64,000 bases of DNA, taken from the IMG/VR virus record IMGVR_UViG_3300022468_000843; one strand, written 5' to 3'. Position 1 is the stretch's first letter. Every line of letters begins with the position of its first letter. Of the stretch, positions 26,479 to 35,847 are shown piece after piece. Source of the stretch: an uncultured virus (IMG/VR IMGVR_UViG_3300022468_000843). Lineage: Duplodnaviria; Heunggongvirae; Uroviricota; Caudoviricetes. Position numbers and translations under genes: made by a program. The notes under the pieces were generated by a model. That model saw only the letters and a program-made list of their open reading frames with translations. It did not search any database and was not told the origin of the DNA.

Positions 26479-27801
26479 ATGAAAATCTCCTACGTACGCA
26501 TCAGCAACATCCTCGGGCTCGAAGAATTCGAGATGGCCCCAGGCGGCACCCTGACCGAAATCAGCGGCGACAACGGGCTCGGCAAGACCAGCATCCTCGA
26601 AGCCATCAAGGCCGGCACGCAGGGCGGGCACGACGCCACCCTGCTGCGCAAGGGCGCGGACAAGGGCGAGATCGTCCTGGTGCTCGACGATGGCACCGAG
26701 CTGCACAAGCACGTCAGCGCCACCAAGAGCACGCTGGACCTCATCAAAGACGGCAAGAAGGTGCCCCGCCCGTCGGACACCATCAAGGGCCTCACCGACC
26801 TGCTGAGCGTGAACCCGGTCGAATTCCTGAACGCGCCCAAGAAGGACCGCGTGAAGGTGCTGCTGGAGGCCATGCCGATCGAGGTGGACCCCGCGCGCCT
26901 GACCGAAATCAGCGGCATCCCCGTTGACATGCAGCCCGGCGCCCACGGGCTGGCCATGATCGAGATGGTGCACAAGCTGGTCTATGAAGACCGCACCGGC
27001 ACCAACCGCGCGGTCAAGGAAAAGGAAGCCACGATCAACCAGCTCACGCTGGCCATGCCGGAAGTCCCAGGCGGCGTGGATGGCGACGAGGACGTGCTGC
27101 TGCAGCGCGTCGACGAGCTGCGCACCGCGCGCGACGCCGAGACGGCGCGCATCGACGCCAAGCTCAAAGGCGTGCGCGAGGAAAGCAACGCCCGCCAGCA
27201 AAAGATCCGTGAGGAAGCCCAGGCCAAGATCGACGCCATCAAGGCCGAATGCCAGACCGCACTCGACACGGAGAAAGCCGCCCTGGCCGACACCGAGGGC
27301 AAGGCCGGCCGCGTGCGCCAAAAGGCCCTGGACACGTTCACCGAGCAGGCCGGCCCCATCAACGAAACCCTCGCGGCCGTCCGGCTCAACCGGAACGCCT
27401 TCGCGAAGCGCGAGCAGACGAAGGCCACCATCAGCCAGATGGACGCCGAGCTGGAAGATCTGCGCGCCGACGCGGAGCGCCAGACCGCGGCGCTGGCTGG
27501 GCTCGACGCCTACCGATCCGAGCTGCTGGCCAGCCTGCCGATCCCAGGCCTTGAGGTGAAGGACGGCGAAGTGCTGCGCGACGGCGTGCCGTTCGACCGG
27601 CTCAACACCGCACAGCAAGTGGACATCGCGATCGAGATTGCGAAGCTCCGCGCCGGCGACCTCGCCATCTGCTGCGTCGATCGCTTCGAGGCCCTGAGCC
27701 CAGAGACGCTGGCCGAATTCAAGAAGCGCGCAGAGGCCAGCAAACTCCAGCTCATTGTCACGCGAGTAGATCGCGGCGAGCTGACTATTCAGACCCAATA
27801 A
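26479..27801 (+). CDS. Rad50/SbcC-like coiled-coil ABC ATPase
   Basis: GDNGLGKT, coiled coil, LNTAQQ, CCVD. Confidence 0.85.
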   Translation: MKISYVRISNILGLEEFEMAPGGTLTEISGDNGLGKTSILEAIKAGTQGGHDATLLRKGADKGEIVLVLDDGTELHKHVSATKSTLDLIKDGKKVPRPSDTIKGLTDLLSVNPVEFLNAPKKDRVKVLLEAMPIEVDPARLTEISGIPVDMQPGAHGLAMIEMVHKLVYEDRTGTNRAVKEKEATINQLTLAMPEVPGGVDGDEDVLLQRVDELRTARDAETARIDAKLKGVREESNARQQKIREEAQAKIDAIKAECQTALDTEKAALADTEGKAGRVRQKALDTFTEQAGPINETLAAVRLNRNAFAKREQTKATISQMDAELEDLRADAERQTAALAGLDAYRSELLASLPIPGLEVKDGEVLRDGVPFDRLNTAQQVDIAIEIAKLRAGDLAICCVDRFEALSPETLAEFKKRAEASKLQLIVTRVDRGELTIQTQ

Positions 27802-27834
27802 GCCCCATAATCACCAGTCTTTACAGGAGAAACC

Positions 27835-28962
27835 ATGACGCAAGACCTCGTAGTTCATCAGCAAAACCAAGCCGGCTCGCCGGCACCATTCGGCCCGCAA
27901 GGGCGCGCACTCGCGGCCATGGGCACGGCCAACGTCGGCGCGGTCGCGATCGAGCAGGAACGCGCGATTGCGGAAGCCCAGGGCCAGATGACGCTGGCGA
28001 AGCGCTTCCCGCGCAACCTCAACGACGCGCACGCCGAATTGATGGTGGCATGCAAGTCGCCAGCCTTCGCGGCGGTCGCCTTCTACGCCAAGCCCCAGGG
28101 CGGCAGCACGGTCAGCGGGCCCAGCATCCGCATGGCCGAGCAGATCGCCCAGGTGTTCGGCAACTTCCAGTACGGTCACCGCGAGCTGTCGCGCGACAAC
28201 AAAAAGTCCGAGGTGGAAATCTACGCCTGGGACATGGAGAAGAACAACTACAACAAGCGCCAGATCACGGTGATGCACGTGCGCGACACGCGGGAAGGCC
28301 CGAAGCCCCTGCGCGACCAAGCCGACATCGACATGAAGATTAACAACGTCGCCAGCAAGCAGGCCCGCGGTTTGATCCTGGCCATGATGCCGAAATGGCT
28401 GGTGGAAGACGCGGTGCAGGAATGCCGCAAGACCATCGCCGGCAAGAACGACGAGCCGATCGAAGCCCGCGTGCGCAAGATGGCCCAGGCCTTCTCGAAG
28501 TACGGTGTGACCACCGAGCGCCTGGAAAAGCACCTGGGCCACAAGCTGGATCAGGTCACGCTCGACGAGCTGGTGGACCTCGCGGGCATCCACAACAGCC
28601 TGCGCGACGGCACCCCGGCATCCGAGCTGTTCCCCCTGGAGCAGGAAGACGAAGCCGACGGCACCAAGACGGCAGCAGCAGCCCTGGCAGAGACGGCGAA
28701 GCAGGCGGCGGCCACCCAGCGCCAGGCCGCGAAGCCCGCAGCGGCCAAGGAAAAGCCGGCCGCCACCACGGCGCCAGCAGCAACCTCCGCAGAACCGGCG
28801 CCCACGGAACAGGCAGCACCTGCCGCTGAAACGAGCAAGTCTGCAAAAAATGTGAGCAAGAAAACGGACGAACCAGCACAGGCGCCTGAGCCAGAAATGC
28901 AGGCAGGCCCGGCAGACGATTCGCAGCAACCCCAGGCCGAAGCAGACAAGGATTTTTTCTGA
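27835..28962 (+). CDS. Putative single-strand annealing/recombination protein with low-complexity tail
   Basis: AEAQ....AKRFPR, GPSIR.AE; acidic DFF C-terminus; context. Confidence 0.6.
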   Translation: MTQDLVVHQQNQAGSPAPFGPQGRALAAMGTANVGAVAIEQERAIAEAQGQMTLAKRFPRNLNDAHAELMVACKSPAFAAVAFYAKPQGGSTVSGPSIRMAEQIAQVFGNFQYGHRELSRDNKKSEVEIYAWDMEKNNYNKRQITVMHVRDTREGPKPLRDQADIDMKINNVASKQARGLILAMMPKWLVEDAVQECRKTIAGKNDEPIEARVRKMAQAFSKYGVTTERLEKHLGHKLDQVTLDELVDLAGIHNSLRDGTPASELFPLEQEDEADGTKTAAAALAETAKQAAATQRQAAKPAAAKEKPAATTAPAATSAEPAPTEQAAPAAETSKSAKNVSKKTDEPAQAPEPEMQAGPADDSQQPQAEADKDFF

Positions 28963-29184
28963 TTGACCCAGGCTGAGGTGAAAGTCGCGGAGTTCCTGAC
29001 CACCAAGGAACTGTCCGCGCGCTGGGGTGGACGGATCACAGTCCGCACCCTGGAAAACTGGCGGTCCACATCGAACGGGCCGCCGTTCGTGAAGCTCGGA
29101 GGCGCAGTCCTGTACCGCGTCTCCGACATCGACAGGTGGGAAAGCTCGCGCACCGTCAACGGCACGAGCCAGTACCGAAAGTAA
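28963..29184 (+). CDS. Excisionase/AlpA-like winged HTH
   Basis: FLTTKELSARW..TLENWR..GPPFVKLG..VLY..DI..WE. Confidence 0.85.
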   Translation: MTQAEVKVAEFLTTKELSARWGGRITVRTLENWRSTSNGPPFVKLGGAVLYRVSDIDRWESSRTVNGTSQYRK

Positions 29185-29231
29185 AACGCGATCGCCGGCG
29201 CGCGCCCACGCCGGCACCATTGGAGATAGAC

Positions 29232-29504
29232 GTGAACAAAGCAGAACTGATTGCAAGCATCGCCGGCAGCACCGGCAACACAAAGACCACCGTGTCCCAG
29301 GTGCTCGAAGCAATGGAAACCATCGCCTGCAACACCCTGAGCGGCGGCGACGAAGTAACGCTGCCCGGCCTCGGCAAGCTGACACCCGTGAAGAAAGCCG
29401 CTCGCACCGCGCGCAACCCGCGCACCGGCGAGAAGATCGAAAAGCCCGCCACGACGGTGGTGAAGTTCCGCGTCGCGAAGACGCTCAAGGACTTGGTGGC
29501 CTGA
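29232..29504 (+). CDS. hup: HU family DNA-binding protein
   Basis: NKAELI...LPGLGKL...ARTARNPRTGE...KF; GGAG + GTG start. Confidence 0.93.
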   Translation: MNKAELIASIAGSTGNTKTTVSQVLEAMETIACNTLSGGDEVTLPGLGKLTPVKKAARTARNPRTGEKIEKPATTVVKFRVAKTLKDLVA

Positions 29505-29563
29505 TGACGTGGCGGGGCCCAGCGCCCCGCCCACGCGGCGGGAGCCGCAAAGCAAAGGAGCGT

Positions 29564-30682
29564 ATGAGTTGGAGTCCACAACAAGACGCCGCCATCAAGG
29601 CGGTGCAGGAATGGCTGGCTGACAGGCGGGGCCCCCAGGTGTTCCGCCTGTTCGGCTACGCGGGCAGCGGCAAAACCACCCTGGCCAAGAGCATGGCTGA
29701 GGACGTGCGCGGACCAGTGCTGTACGGCGCGTTCACCGGCAAGGCGAGCCTCGTCCTTCGCAAGAAGGGCTGCGACGGCGCCAGCACCATCCACAGCATG
29801 ATCTACAAGCCCGTCGAGGATCCAAAGACGGGGCATACCGAATTCACCCTGAACCAGGACAGCGACGTGGGCATTTCGAGCCTCGTCATCATCGACGAGG
29901 TGTCGATGGTGGGCGAGGAACTGGCCCGCGACCTTCTGAGCTTCGGCACCCGCGTCCTGGTGCTGGGCGACCCTGCGCAGCTCCCGCCCGTGCGCGGCGA
30001 GGGCTTCTTCATCAACGCCCGGCCGGACGTGATGCTCACCGAGGTGCACCGGCAGGCGGCCGAGAACCCGATCATCCGCATGTCGATGGACGTGCGCGAG
30101 GGACGCGGGCTCACCCCAGGCCAGTACGGCAGCAGCCGCGTCATCCGGCGCAGCGACATCGGCCGGGACGAAATGCGCGAGCTGGTGATGGCGGCCGACC
30201 AGCTGCTGTGCGGCACCAACAAAACCCGCCAGTCGTTCAACACGCGGATCCGGCAGCTCAAGGGTATCACCGGCCGGCACGAGCCATGGCACCCGGTGGA
30301 GGGCGACCGCCTCGTCTGCCTGAAGAACAACCGCAACAGGGGGCTGCTGAACGGCGGCCTATGGGAAGCAAAGCGCGTGTCCTACATCAAGGGCAAGCTC
30401 GACATGCTGGTCACGTCGCTGGACGACGAAAGGGCGCCGGCGGTGGACGTGACGGTGGCGCCCGAGTTTTTCATGGGCACCGACAAGGACATGGACTGGC
30501 GCGAGAAAAAGAAGTCCGACGAGTTTTGCCACGGCTACGCCCTGACGGTGCATAAGAGCCAGGGCAGCCAGTGGGACAACGTGTTCCTCTACGACGAGAG
30601 CGCCATCTTCCGGGACGACGCGGCGAAGCACCTGTACACCGGAATCACTCGCGCGGCCGACCGCGTCACGGTGGTGGTATGA
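29564..30682 (+). CDS. SF1B RecD/Dda-like helicase
   Basis: GYAGSGKTT, IDEVSMV, GDPAQLPPV, YALTVHKSQGS. Confidence 0.93.
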   Translation: MSWSPQQDAAIKAVQEWLADRRGPQVFRLFGYAGSGKTTLAKSMAEDVRGPVLYGAFTGKASLVLRKKGCDGASTIHSMIYKPVEDPKTGHTEFTLNQDSDVGISSLVIIDEVSMVGEELARDLLSFGTRVLVLGDPAQLPPVRGEGFFINARPDVMLTEVHRQAAENPIIRMSMDVREGRGLTPGQYGSSRVIRRSDIGRDEMRELVMAADQLLCGTNKTRQSFNTRIRQLKGITGRHEPWHPVEGDRLVCLKNNRNRGLLNGGLWEAKRVSYIKGKLDMLVTSLDDERAPAVDVTVAPEFFMGTDKDMDWREKKKSDEFCHGYALTVHKSQGSQWDNVFLYDESAIFRDDAAKHLYTGITRAADRVTVVV

Positions 30683-30951
30683 CCCCAGGCCCCACCTACA
30701 TCGCAGCCCCACCGGGCGAGCTGTACTGGCGCCACGAGGTATGCCCGCACCCCGGCGCCAAGGTGCTACTGAAGACCATCGGCGGCACGTGCACCACCGG
30801 CCACTGGCAGGGCGCCTACGGCTTCGCGTTCGTGGCGTGGTGCCCACTGCCAAAGGACGGCAAACCGCCCGCAAATATTCGCGAAGCACCGCTGCTCAAG
30901 CGGATCGTTTTTGCCTTAAAATTAATTTTTCAACCAAGCAAACTACCATGA
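30679..30951 (+). CDS. Hypothetical protein (AWCPLP motif)
   Basis: ATGA overlaps. Confidence 0.7.
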   Translation: MTPGPTYIAAPPGELYWRHEVCPHPGAKVLLKTIGGTCTTGHWQGAYGFAFVAWCPLPKDGKPPANIREAPLLKRIVFALKLIFQPSKLP

Positions 30952-31151
30952 GCAAACGCATCTACCTCACCACCGACCAGACCGGCACAGAGCGCCTGAC
31001 CAAGGCCACCACGCCGTCGCAGGCCGTCGCCCACCACGCCCGCAGCACGATCCAGGTGCGCGTCGCCAGCCAAGAAGACCTCGTCCAGATGATCTCGGCG
31101 GGCGCAAAGGTCGAAGAAGCAGGCGTCGAGGCTTCGGGAGCCACGGAATGA
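30948..31151 (+). CDS. Hypothetical protein
   Basis: RIY...RL.KA...QA..H.A..VASQEDLV pattern. Confidence 0.8.
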   Translation: MSKRIYLTTDQTGTERLTKATTPSQAVAHHARSTIQVRVASQEDLVQMISAGAKVEEAGVEASGATE

Positions 31152-31618
31152 AGCTCCTGCTCAAGAGGCTCCACGCGGACGCACAGCAGCCCGTGTACAG
31201 CACTGCCGGCGCGGCCAACTTCGACATCTACTGCATCATCGAGGGCGAGAGCAAGACCGACAAGGCCGGGGTCGCCCAGCCGCCCAGCATCACGGTCAGC
31301 CCAGGCAACCAGGTGATCGTGCGCACCGGCCTCGCCGTCGAGGTGCCGCCAGGGTGGGTGCTGGCTATCTACTCGCGCAGCGGGCACGGCTTCAAGGACA
31401 GTGTTCGCCTGTCCAACAGCGTCGGCCAGATCGATAGCGACTACCGCCAGGAGGTGATGGTGGCCCTACACAACGACAGCCGCAAGCGCTGGACCGTGAA
31501 GCACGGCGACCGCATCGCCCAGGCTCGCCTGGAGCCCGCACCGAAGGTGGAGTTTGAATGGGCTGATGAGCTGAGCCCAACGGCGCGCGCCGGCGGTTTT
31601 GGCAGCACGGGGGCTTGA
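31148..31618 (+). CDS. dut: Trimeric dUTPase
   Basis: SRSG, GQIDSDYR, GDRIAQ, R.GGFGSTG. Confidence 0.95.
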   Translation: MKLLLKRLHADAQQPVYSTAGAANFDIYCIIEGESKTDKAGVAQPPSITVSPGNQVIVRTGLAVEVPPGWVLAIYSRSGHGFKDSVRLSNSVGQIDSDYRQEVMVALHNDSRKRWTVKHGDRIAQARLEPAPKVEFEWADELSPTARAGGFGSTGA

Positions 31619-31905
31619 CCATGAGCCTCACACCAGAACAGCGCGCCAAGCGCTACGCCCTGGCGGCCCAGGAGCTTGCAGACCACGCAGAGCGCGAAGG
31701 CGTCTGCCTGCGCATCGAGCGCGCTCCGCGCTACCCGCTGGCCATGGGCAACGCCGGCCACCGCGTCGAGGCGTGGCCAGCACGGCACCAGCCAGCGCCG
31801 CCGGCGCCCGCTCGGCGCGAGATCAGCGACCGCGAGTGGGCCGCCCAGCCCGCCAACCTGCGCGAAGGCTGCACCACGCACGTTCCCGGGGTGGGCGACC
31901 TGTGA
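31615..31905 (+). CDS. Hypothetical protein
   Basis: PLAMGN motif; overlaps. Confidence 0.65.
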   Translation: MTMSLTPEQRAKRYALAAQELADHAEREGVCLRIERAPRYPLAMGNAGHRVEAWPARHQPAPPAPARREISDREWAAQPANLREGCTTHVPGVGDL

Positions 31906-32198
31906 ACCCGCCCAACGCACCAGGGCAGCGCTGCCGCGTCATCGGGGGCCGTATGGCCTTCAATGGCGAGGGCAAGGGCCCGAACCAGGGCAAGGAGGTG
32001 GTGACCGTCTTCTTGCACGCAGAGCAAGCCGGCCCGGAGCAAGAGAACGTCTGGCGCTGCCGGGCGGCCGAGGGCCAAACGCTGCAGACCTACTACAGCG
32101 CAGGCCAAGAGGCCGACTTCCTCGAATGCTGGCTGGAGGTCATCGAGCCGGACGCCGCGCCGCCGAAGGTCGCGGAGCGCGAGCACGAGATGCACTAG
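31902..32198 (+). CDS. Hypothetical protein
   Basis: GTGA overlap. Confidence 0.65.
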   Translation: MNPPNAPGQRCRVIGGRMAFNGEGKGPNQGKEVVTVFLHAEQAGPEQENVWRCRAAEGQTLQTYYSAGQEADFLECWLEVIEPDAAPPKVAEREHEMH

Positions 32199-32203
32199 CG
32201 GTT

Positions 32204-32496
32204 TGCGCCCCAGGAGCGCCCCAGCTCCAAAACCACACAGACGCGCCGATTCGTTGACTGCAACGGACGGCGCGTTTATCGTTGTGTTTACAGGGGTTTT
32301 TGAGAAGAAAGGATGGCGCGCCCGGAGAGATTCGAACTCCCGACCCCCAGATTCGTAGGCGGGATTTAAGGGCTCACAGAAGTGCACGCGATCACCGGAT
32401 AACGCCTGATTTCAGCGGCTTACCGGACTGACGCACCACCAGCAGATCACACAAACTCACGCCAACAGCCGGATTTCTGCGCCCCAAGAGCGCCCC
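32204..32496. other. attP region with arm-type repeats
   Basis: TGCGCCCC-NNN-AGCGCCCC at 32204-32222 and 32478-32496 flanking the tRNA fragment, directly upstream of int. Confidence 0.8.
32314..32358 (-). other. 3' half of tRNA-Arg(ACG): att identity block, not a full tRNA
   Basis: CTACGAA TCTGG GGGTC GGGAG TTCGAAT CTCTC CGGGCGC G CCA; no D-arm or 5' acceptor strand. Confidence 0.9.
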
Positions 32497-32530
32497 GGAT
32501 GAATAGCGACCAAAAACAAGGACAGCGGGA

Positions 32531-33799
32531 ATGAGCAAGAAAATCACAAAGACGATGGTCGACAAGGCCGAAGCAAACCTGCACAGCGACGTGTGGCTTT
32601 GGGACGGCGAGGTGGAGGGCTTCGGCGTGCGCATTAAGCCCACCGGCCGCAAGACCTACGTGGTCCGGTACCGGGCTGCCGACGGCACCCAGCGCAAGAT
32701 GACGATCGGCCGCTGCAGCGACATGCCGCCCGAGAAGGCGCGCGAGCTGGCCCGCAAGACGTTCACCCAGGTGGCCGAGGGCCAGGATCCCGCCGCGACG
32801 CGCGCGCCCTCCAAGAAGGACAAGGCGATCACGGTGCGCGGCATGTTCGAGGCCTACGTGGCGCACATGCGCAGCAAGGGCCGGGTCAGCGTGATGGAGG
32901 TCGAGCGGGCCCTGCTGCTGGCCAGCAACAACGCAGCGGACGCCCTGGGCGCGGACAAGCACCCAGCGGCCGTCGAGCCCATGGACATCGTGAAGTACCT
33001 CGCGCGCTTCTACAAAGCAGGCCACCGCGGCGCCGCCGACAAGCACCGCAGCTACATCGCCAGCGCGTACAACTGGGCGATGAAGTCGGCAAACGACTAC
33101 ACGGCGGAGCACCGGCAGGACTGGGGCATCACCACGAACCCGGGCGCGCTGGTACCCAAGGACGCCGGCGCGATCGGCACGCGCGACCGCAACCTGTCAG
33201 CCCTGGAGCTGCAGACGGTCTGGGCGGCCACCGCCCCGGGCGCGCCAGGGTTCAGCCCCGAGCTCGCCGTGTGCATCCGCCTGCTCGTCGGCTGCGGCCA
33301 GCGCGTGCAGGAAACCCTGCGCATCGACGGGCGCGACATCAACCTCAAGACGGGCGAGTGGCGCATGCCGGCGGAGAAGACCAAGGGCCGCAAGTTCCCG
33401 CACACCATCCCCCTGCCCAGCGCGGTGCTGCCGAGCCTGGAGCTGCTGATTGCCATACACGGCGACGGCGCCCTGTTTCCGGCCCGTGGAGCCAAGGCGG
33501 ACGAGCGGATGGACCACCGCAGCGTCATGCAGGCGATCGAGCGCCTGTGCGAGCGTGAGAGCCTGCAGGCGTTCCAGAGCCGCGACATCCGCCGCACCTG
33601 GAAGTCCCGGGCGCACGAAGCCGGCGTGGACCGCTTCACGCGCGACCTGATCCAGCAGCATGCTCAGAATGGAAATGCCGGGTCTAAGCATTACGACCGC
33701 GCTGAATATGGACCCCAGATGAAGGAAGCTATGGCAAAGTGGTCGGCATGGCTGGAAGAAAAAGTCACCAACCCAACGCCGCTGGCGAAGGCTGCATGA
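32531..33799 (+). CDS. int: Tyrosine integrase with N-terminal arm-binding domain
   Basis: WD....GFGVR...GRKTY..RYR; GQR..E, K, RDIRRT, QQH, KHYDR. Confidence 0.95.
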   Translation: MSKKITKTMVDKAEANLHSDVWLWDGEVEGFGVRIKPTGRKTYVVRYRAADGTQRKMTIGRCSDMPPEKARELARKTFTQVAEGQDPAATRAPSKKDKAITVRGMFEAYVAHMRSKGRVSVMEVERALLLASNNAADALGADKHPAAVEPMDIVKYLARFYKAGHRGAADKHRSYIASAYNWAMKSANDYTAEHRQDWGITTNPGALVPKDAGAIGTRDRNLSALELQTVWAATAPGAPGFSPELAVCIRLLVGCGQRVQETLRIDGRDINLKTGEWRMPAEKTKGRKFPHTIPLPSAVLPSLELLIAIHGDGALFPARGAKADERMDHRSVMQAIERLCERESLQAFQSRDIRRTWKSRAHEAGVDRFTRDLIQQHAQNGNAGSKHYDRAEYGPQMKEAMAKWSAWLEEKVTNPTPLAKAA

Positions 33800-34524
33800 T
33801 GCGCTTGGCGGCCACATCTAGGGCGGGAGCCAGAGCAATAGGCGCCACACGGTATCAAACCGGGAAGGCGTGCACTCATGGTCACGTGGCTGAGAGATTT
33901 GCATCCACAGGGCAGTGCGTGGAGTGCCTACGCATCCATTCCGAAGATTGGAAAAGCAAAAACCACGAGAAGGTCCTGGCCACGCAGAAAAAATGGAGAT
34001 CGAAGCAGCCTGCGAGCTTCCCAAAACCATCGATCAGCAAAACAAACAGGGAGCGCAATCGAAAGTATCGGCTCAAAAAAATGGGTTTTCCCAATGCGAA
34101 CATGAGCGTCAGATGCATCCCGATCGACCCCAAGGTGCGCTGGTCTATCTACTACGAAGCGAAGCGCGAAGCCATCGCCAAGACCCAAACTGCCTACCGC
34201 AAACGCAATCGCGAGACGCTGAAGGCTGCGTGGTTCGATTGGTATGCAAACAACCGGGTCAGCCAAATCGAAAAGGCGGCCATGCGGAGAAAAAAGGTCC
34301 TGGACGCCACTCCACCATGGCTGACCCGAGATGACCGACTGAAAATCAGCGCGGTTTATTTTGAGTCGATTCAGCTAACCGATGAAACAGGTATCCCGCA
34401 TCACGTGGACCACATTGTCCCCATTGCTGGAAAGACGGTGTGCGGCTTGCACGTCCCGTGGAATCTCCAAGCCATCCCCGCGCTCGACAATATACGCAAG
34501 AGCAACAAACTGCTCGCTGCGTGA
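33796..34524 (+). CDS. HNH endonuclease
   Basis: RY.TGK.C.HGH..ER..CVEC; HVDHIVP..VCGLHVPWNLQ..N..KSN; visibly AT-richer. Confidence 0.9.
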   Translation: MMRLAATSRAGARAIGATRYQTGKACTHGHVAERFASTGQCVECLRIHSEDWKSKNHEKVLATQKKWRSKQPASFPKPSISKTNRERNRKYRLKKMGFPNANMSVRCIPIDPKVRWSIYYEAKREAIAKTQTAYRKRNRETLKAAWFDWYANNRVSQIEKAAMRRKKVLDATPPWLTRDDRLKISAVYFESIQLTDETGIPHHVDHIVPIAGKTVCGLHVPWNLQAIPALDNIRKSNKLLAA

Positions 34525-34533
34525 CGTCACAAT
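34518..34533 (+). promoter_or_regulatory. TCGTGA-N4-ANAAT-like motif before TraR-like gene
   Basis: TGCGTGA CGTC ACAAT. Confidence 0.5.
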
Positions 34534-34562
34534 CCGCAGCAAGAAACACGCATCGGAGAACC

Positions 34563-34775
34563 ATGTCACTCGAAGACAACGCCCAGGAGCACGAAGCCAA
34601 AATCTGGGCCATCAACAACCGACCACGCGAGGTGGTCAGCTACAAGCCGGGAGACGCCGGGTACGGCCCCGAGGAATGCGTGGAATGCGGCGCGGAAATG
34701 CACCCGGTGCGCCGGGCGCATGGCTTCAAGCTGTGCACGCCGTGCGCGTCGGCTACTGAACGCCGGCGTCGTTGA
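34563..34775 (+). CDS. TraR/DksA-type C4 zinc finger protein
   Basis: ED.AQ; CVECGAEM..RRA....CTPC; GGAG RBS. Confidence 0.8.
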   Translation: MSLEDNAQEHEAKIWAINNRPREVVSYKPGDAGYGPEECVECGAEMHPVRRAHGFKLCTPCASATERRRR

Positions 34776-35001
34776 TAGCCTGCACCAGGGCTTTGTGGCG
34801 ATCCGCGCACTCGCGGTACATCTGGGCGGCGCCGACGCCCCAGCGCAGCACCGTGCCCGCCGTGCCGTCCCGCACCTCAGCGAGCGGCGGGCAATTCTGG
34901 CGCAGGGACGCCTGAATCTGCGGCCCCTCGTATCGCGGAGTTAAGGGCGCGCACGCCGTCAGCATCAAGGCAGACGTTGCGATAAACAGGCCGCTCGACA
35001 A
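34753..35001 (-). CDS. o-spanin (Rz1-like lipoprotein)
   Basis: Lipobox LTAC; overlaps i-spanin; start uncertain (TTG). Confidence 0.75.
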   Translation of the reverse strand: MSSGLFIATSALMLTACAPLTPRYEGPQIQASLRQNCPPLAEVRDGTAGTVLRWGVGAAQMYRECADRHKALVQAINDAGVQ

Positions 35002-35233
35002 TACGGTCCACGGTTTCTGTGATGGTTTGAAAGACGACACGCTCGCGCTCCTTGAAAGTTTCGTGGTTGACCGCGGCCGTGTCTACGCGCTTCGCGTCCA
35101 TGCGGCGCAGCTCCACCTCTTGCTCCAGCCGCTCCTTTTCCCTGGCGTCGAACCGCCAATCCTGAATCTGCCACGCGCTGCCAAAGATGAGGCCGGCGGA
35201 CACCGCGGCCGCGGCGACGGTGAGCCAGTTCAC
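34877..35233 (-). CDS. i-spanin (Rz-like)
   Basis: N-terminal TM, VERPVYRNVCLDADG; follows endolysin. Confidence 0.8.
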   Translation of the reverse strand: MNWLTVAAAAVSAGLIFGSAWQIQDWRFDAREKERLEQEVELRRMDAKRVDTAAVNHETFKERERVVFQTITETVDRIVERPVYRNVCLDADGVRALNSAIRGAADSGVPAPELPAAR

Positions 35234-35847
35234 GCGAGCACCTTGCCGGCAAGTGCCGCCAGCTTGGCGCGGTCGTCCAGCCCATGGTGACCACCATTGA
35301 CCAGCTTGGTGACGCGCTTCACGTCGCCCATGGCGCTGTCGGGCACGTTGCGCTCCCACCAGGCGATGCTGGCGCGCAGAGCGATCGCCGGCTGCGCCAG
35401 TAGGTCGGGGTTGGCGGCCAGGTCCATACCCAGCGCCGCGCCCACCACCGTGTAGTTTGCCCGGCCGGTGACCTGCATCAAGCCACGCCCGCGAAACCGC
35501 CAGCCATCACCAGGCTGCACGTTGCCCAGGCGGCCGCCGTACACCTTGTTTGCCAGCGCCTCGGGGCTGCGCGCATACGGGCGCGCGGCGGCCAGCGTGG
35601 GGAATCGGTTGGGCCAGACCACGCACAGGCGCTCGGCGCTGTACGACAGGCCTTCCTCCAGGCGTTCCAGCATCGACGACTCGTGCAGCACCTGGCCGAG
35701 GAAGTCGTCCAGCTCAGCGAGGCCGGCGGAGAAGACACCAGGCCGAATCTCGGCGGCGAAGACAGGCGCCCAGCGCCCAGCCGTTGCCAGCCTGACGCCG
35801 CAGCCGGCCAGAATTTCAGCCCACTTCTGAGTGGTTATCGCGGTCAT
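35230..35847 (-). CDS. Endolysin, glycoside hydrolase family 19
   Basis: FLGQ..HES, GDGWRFRGRGL.Q.TGR.NY, NGG..GL.DR. Confidence 0.93.
   Translation of the reverse strand: MTAITTQKWAEILAGCGVRLATAGRWAPVFAAEIRPGVFSAGLAELDDFLGQVLHESSMLERLEEGLSYSAERLCVVWPNRFPTLAAARPYARSPEALANKVYGGRLGNVQPGDGWRFRGRGLMQVTGRANYTVVGAALGMDLAANPDLLAQPAIALRASIAWWERNVPDSAMGDVKRVTKLVNGGHHGLDDRAKLAALAGKVLA

Noticed and set aside
21370..31618. Z-genome or other base-modification pathway
   Set aside because: No PurZ, polymerase or modifying enzymes in the window
32314..32400. Complete tRNA-Arg gene
   Set aside because: Similarity stops at the anticodon loop; 5' half absent
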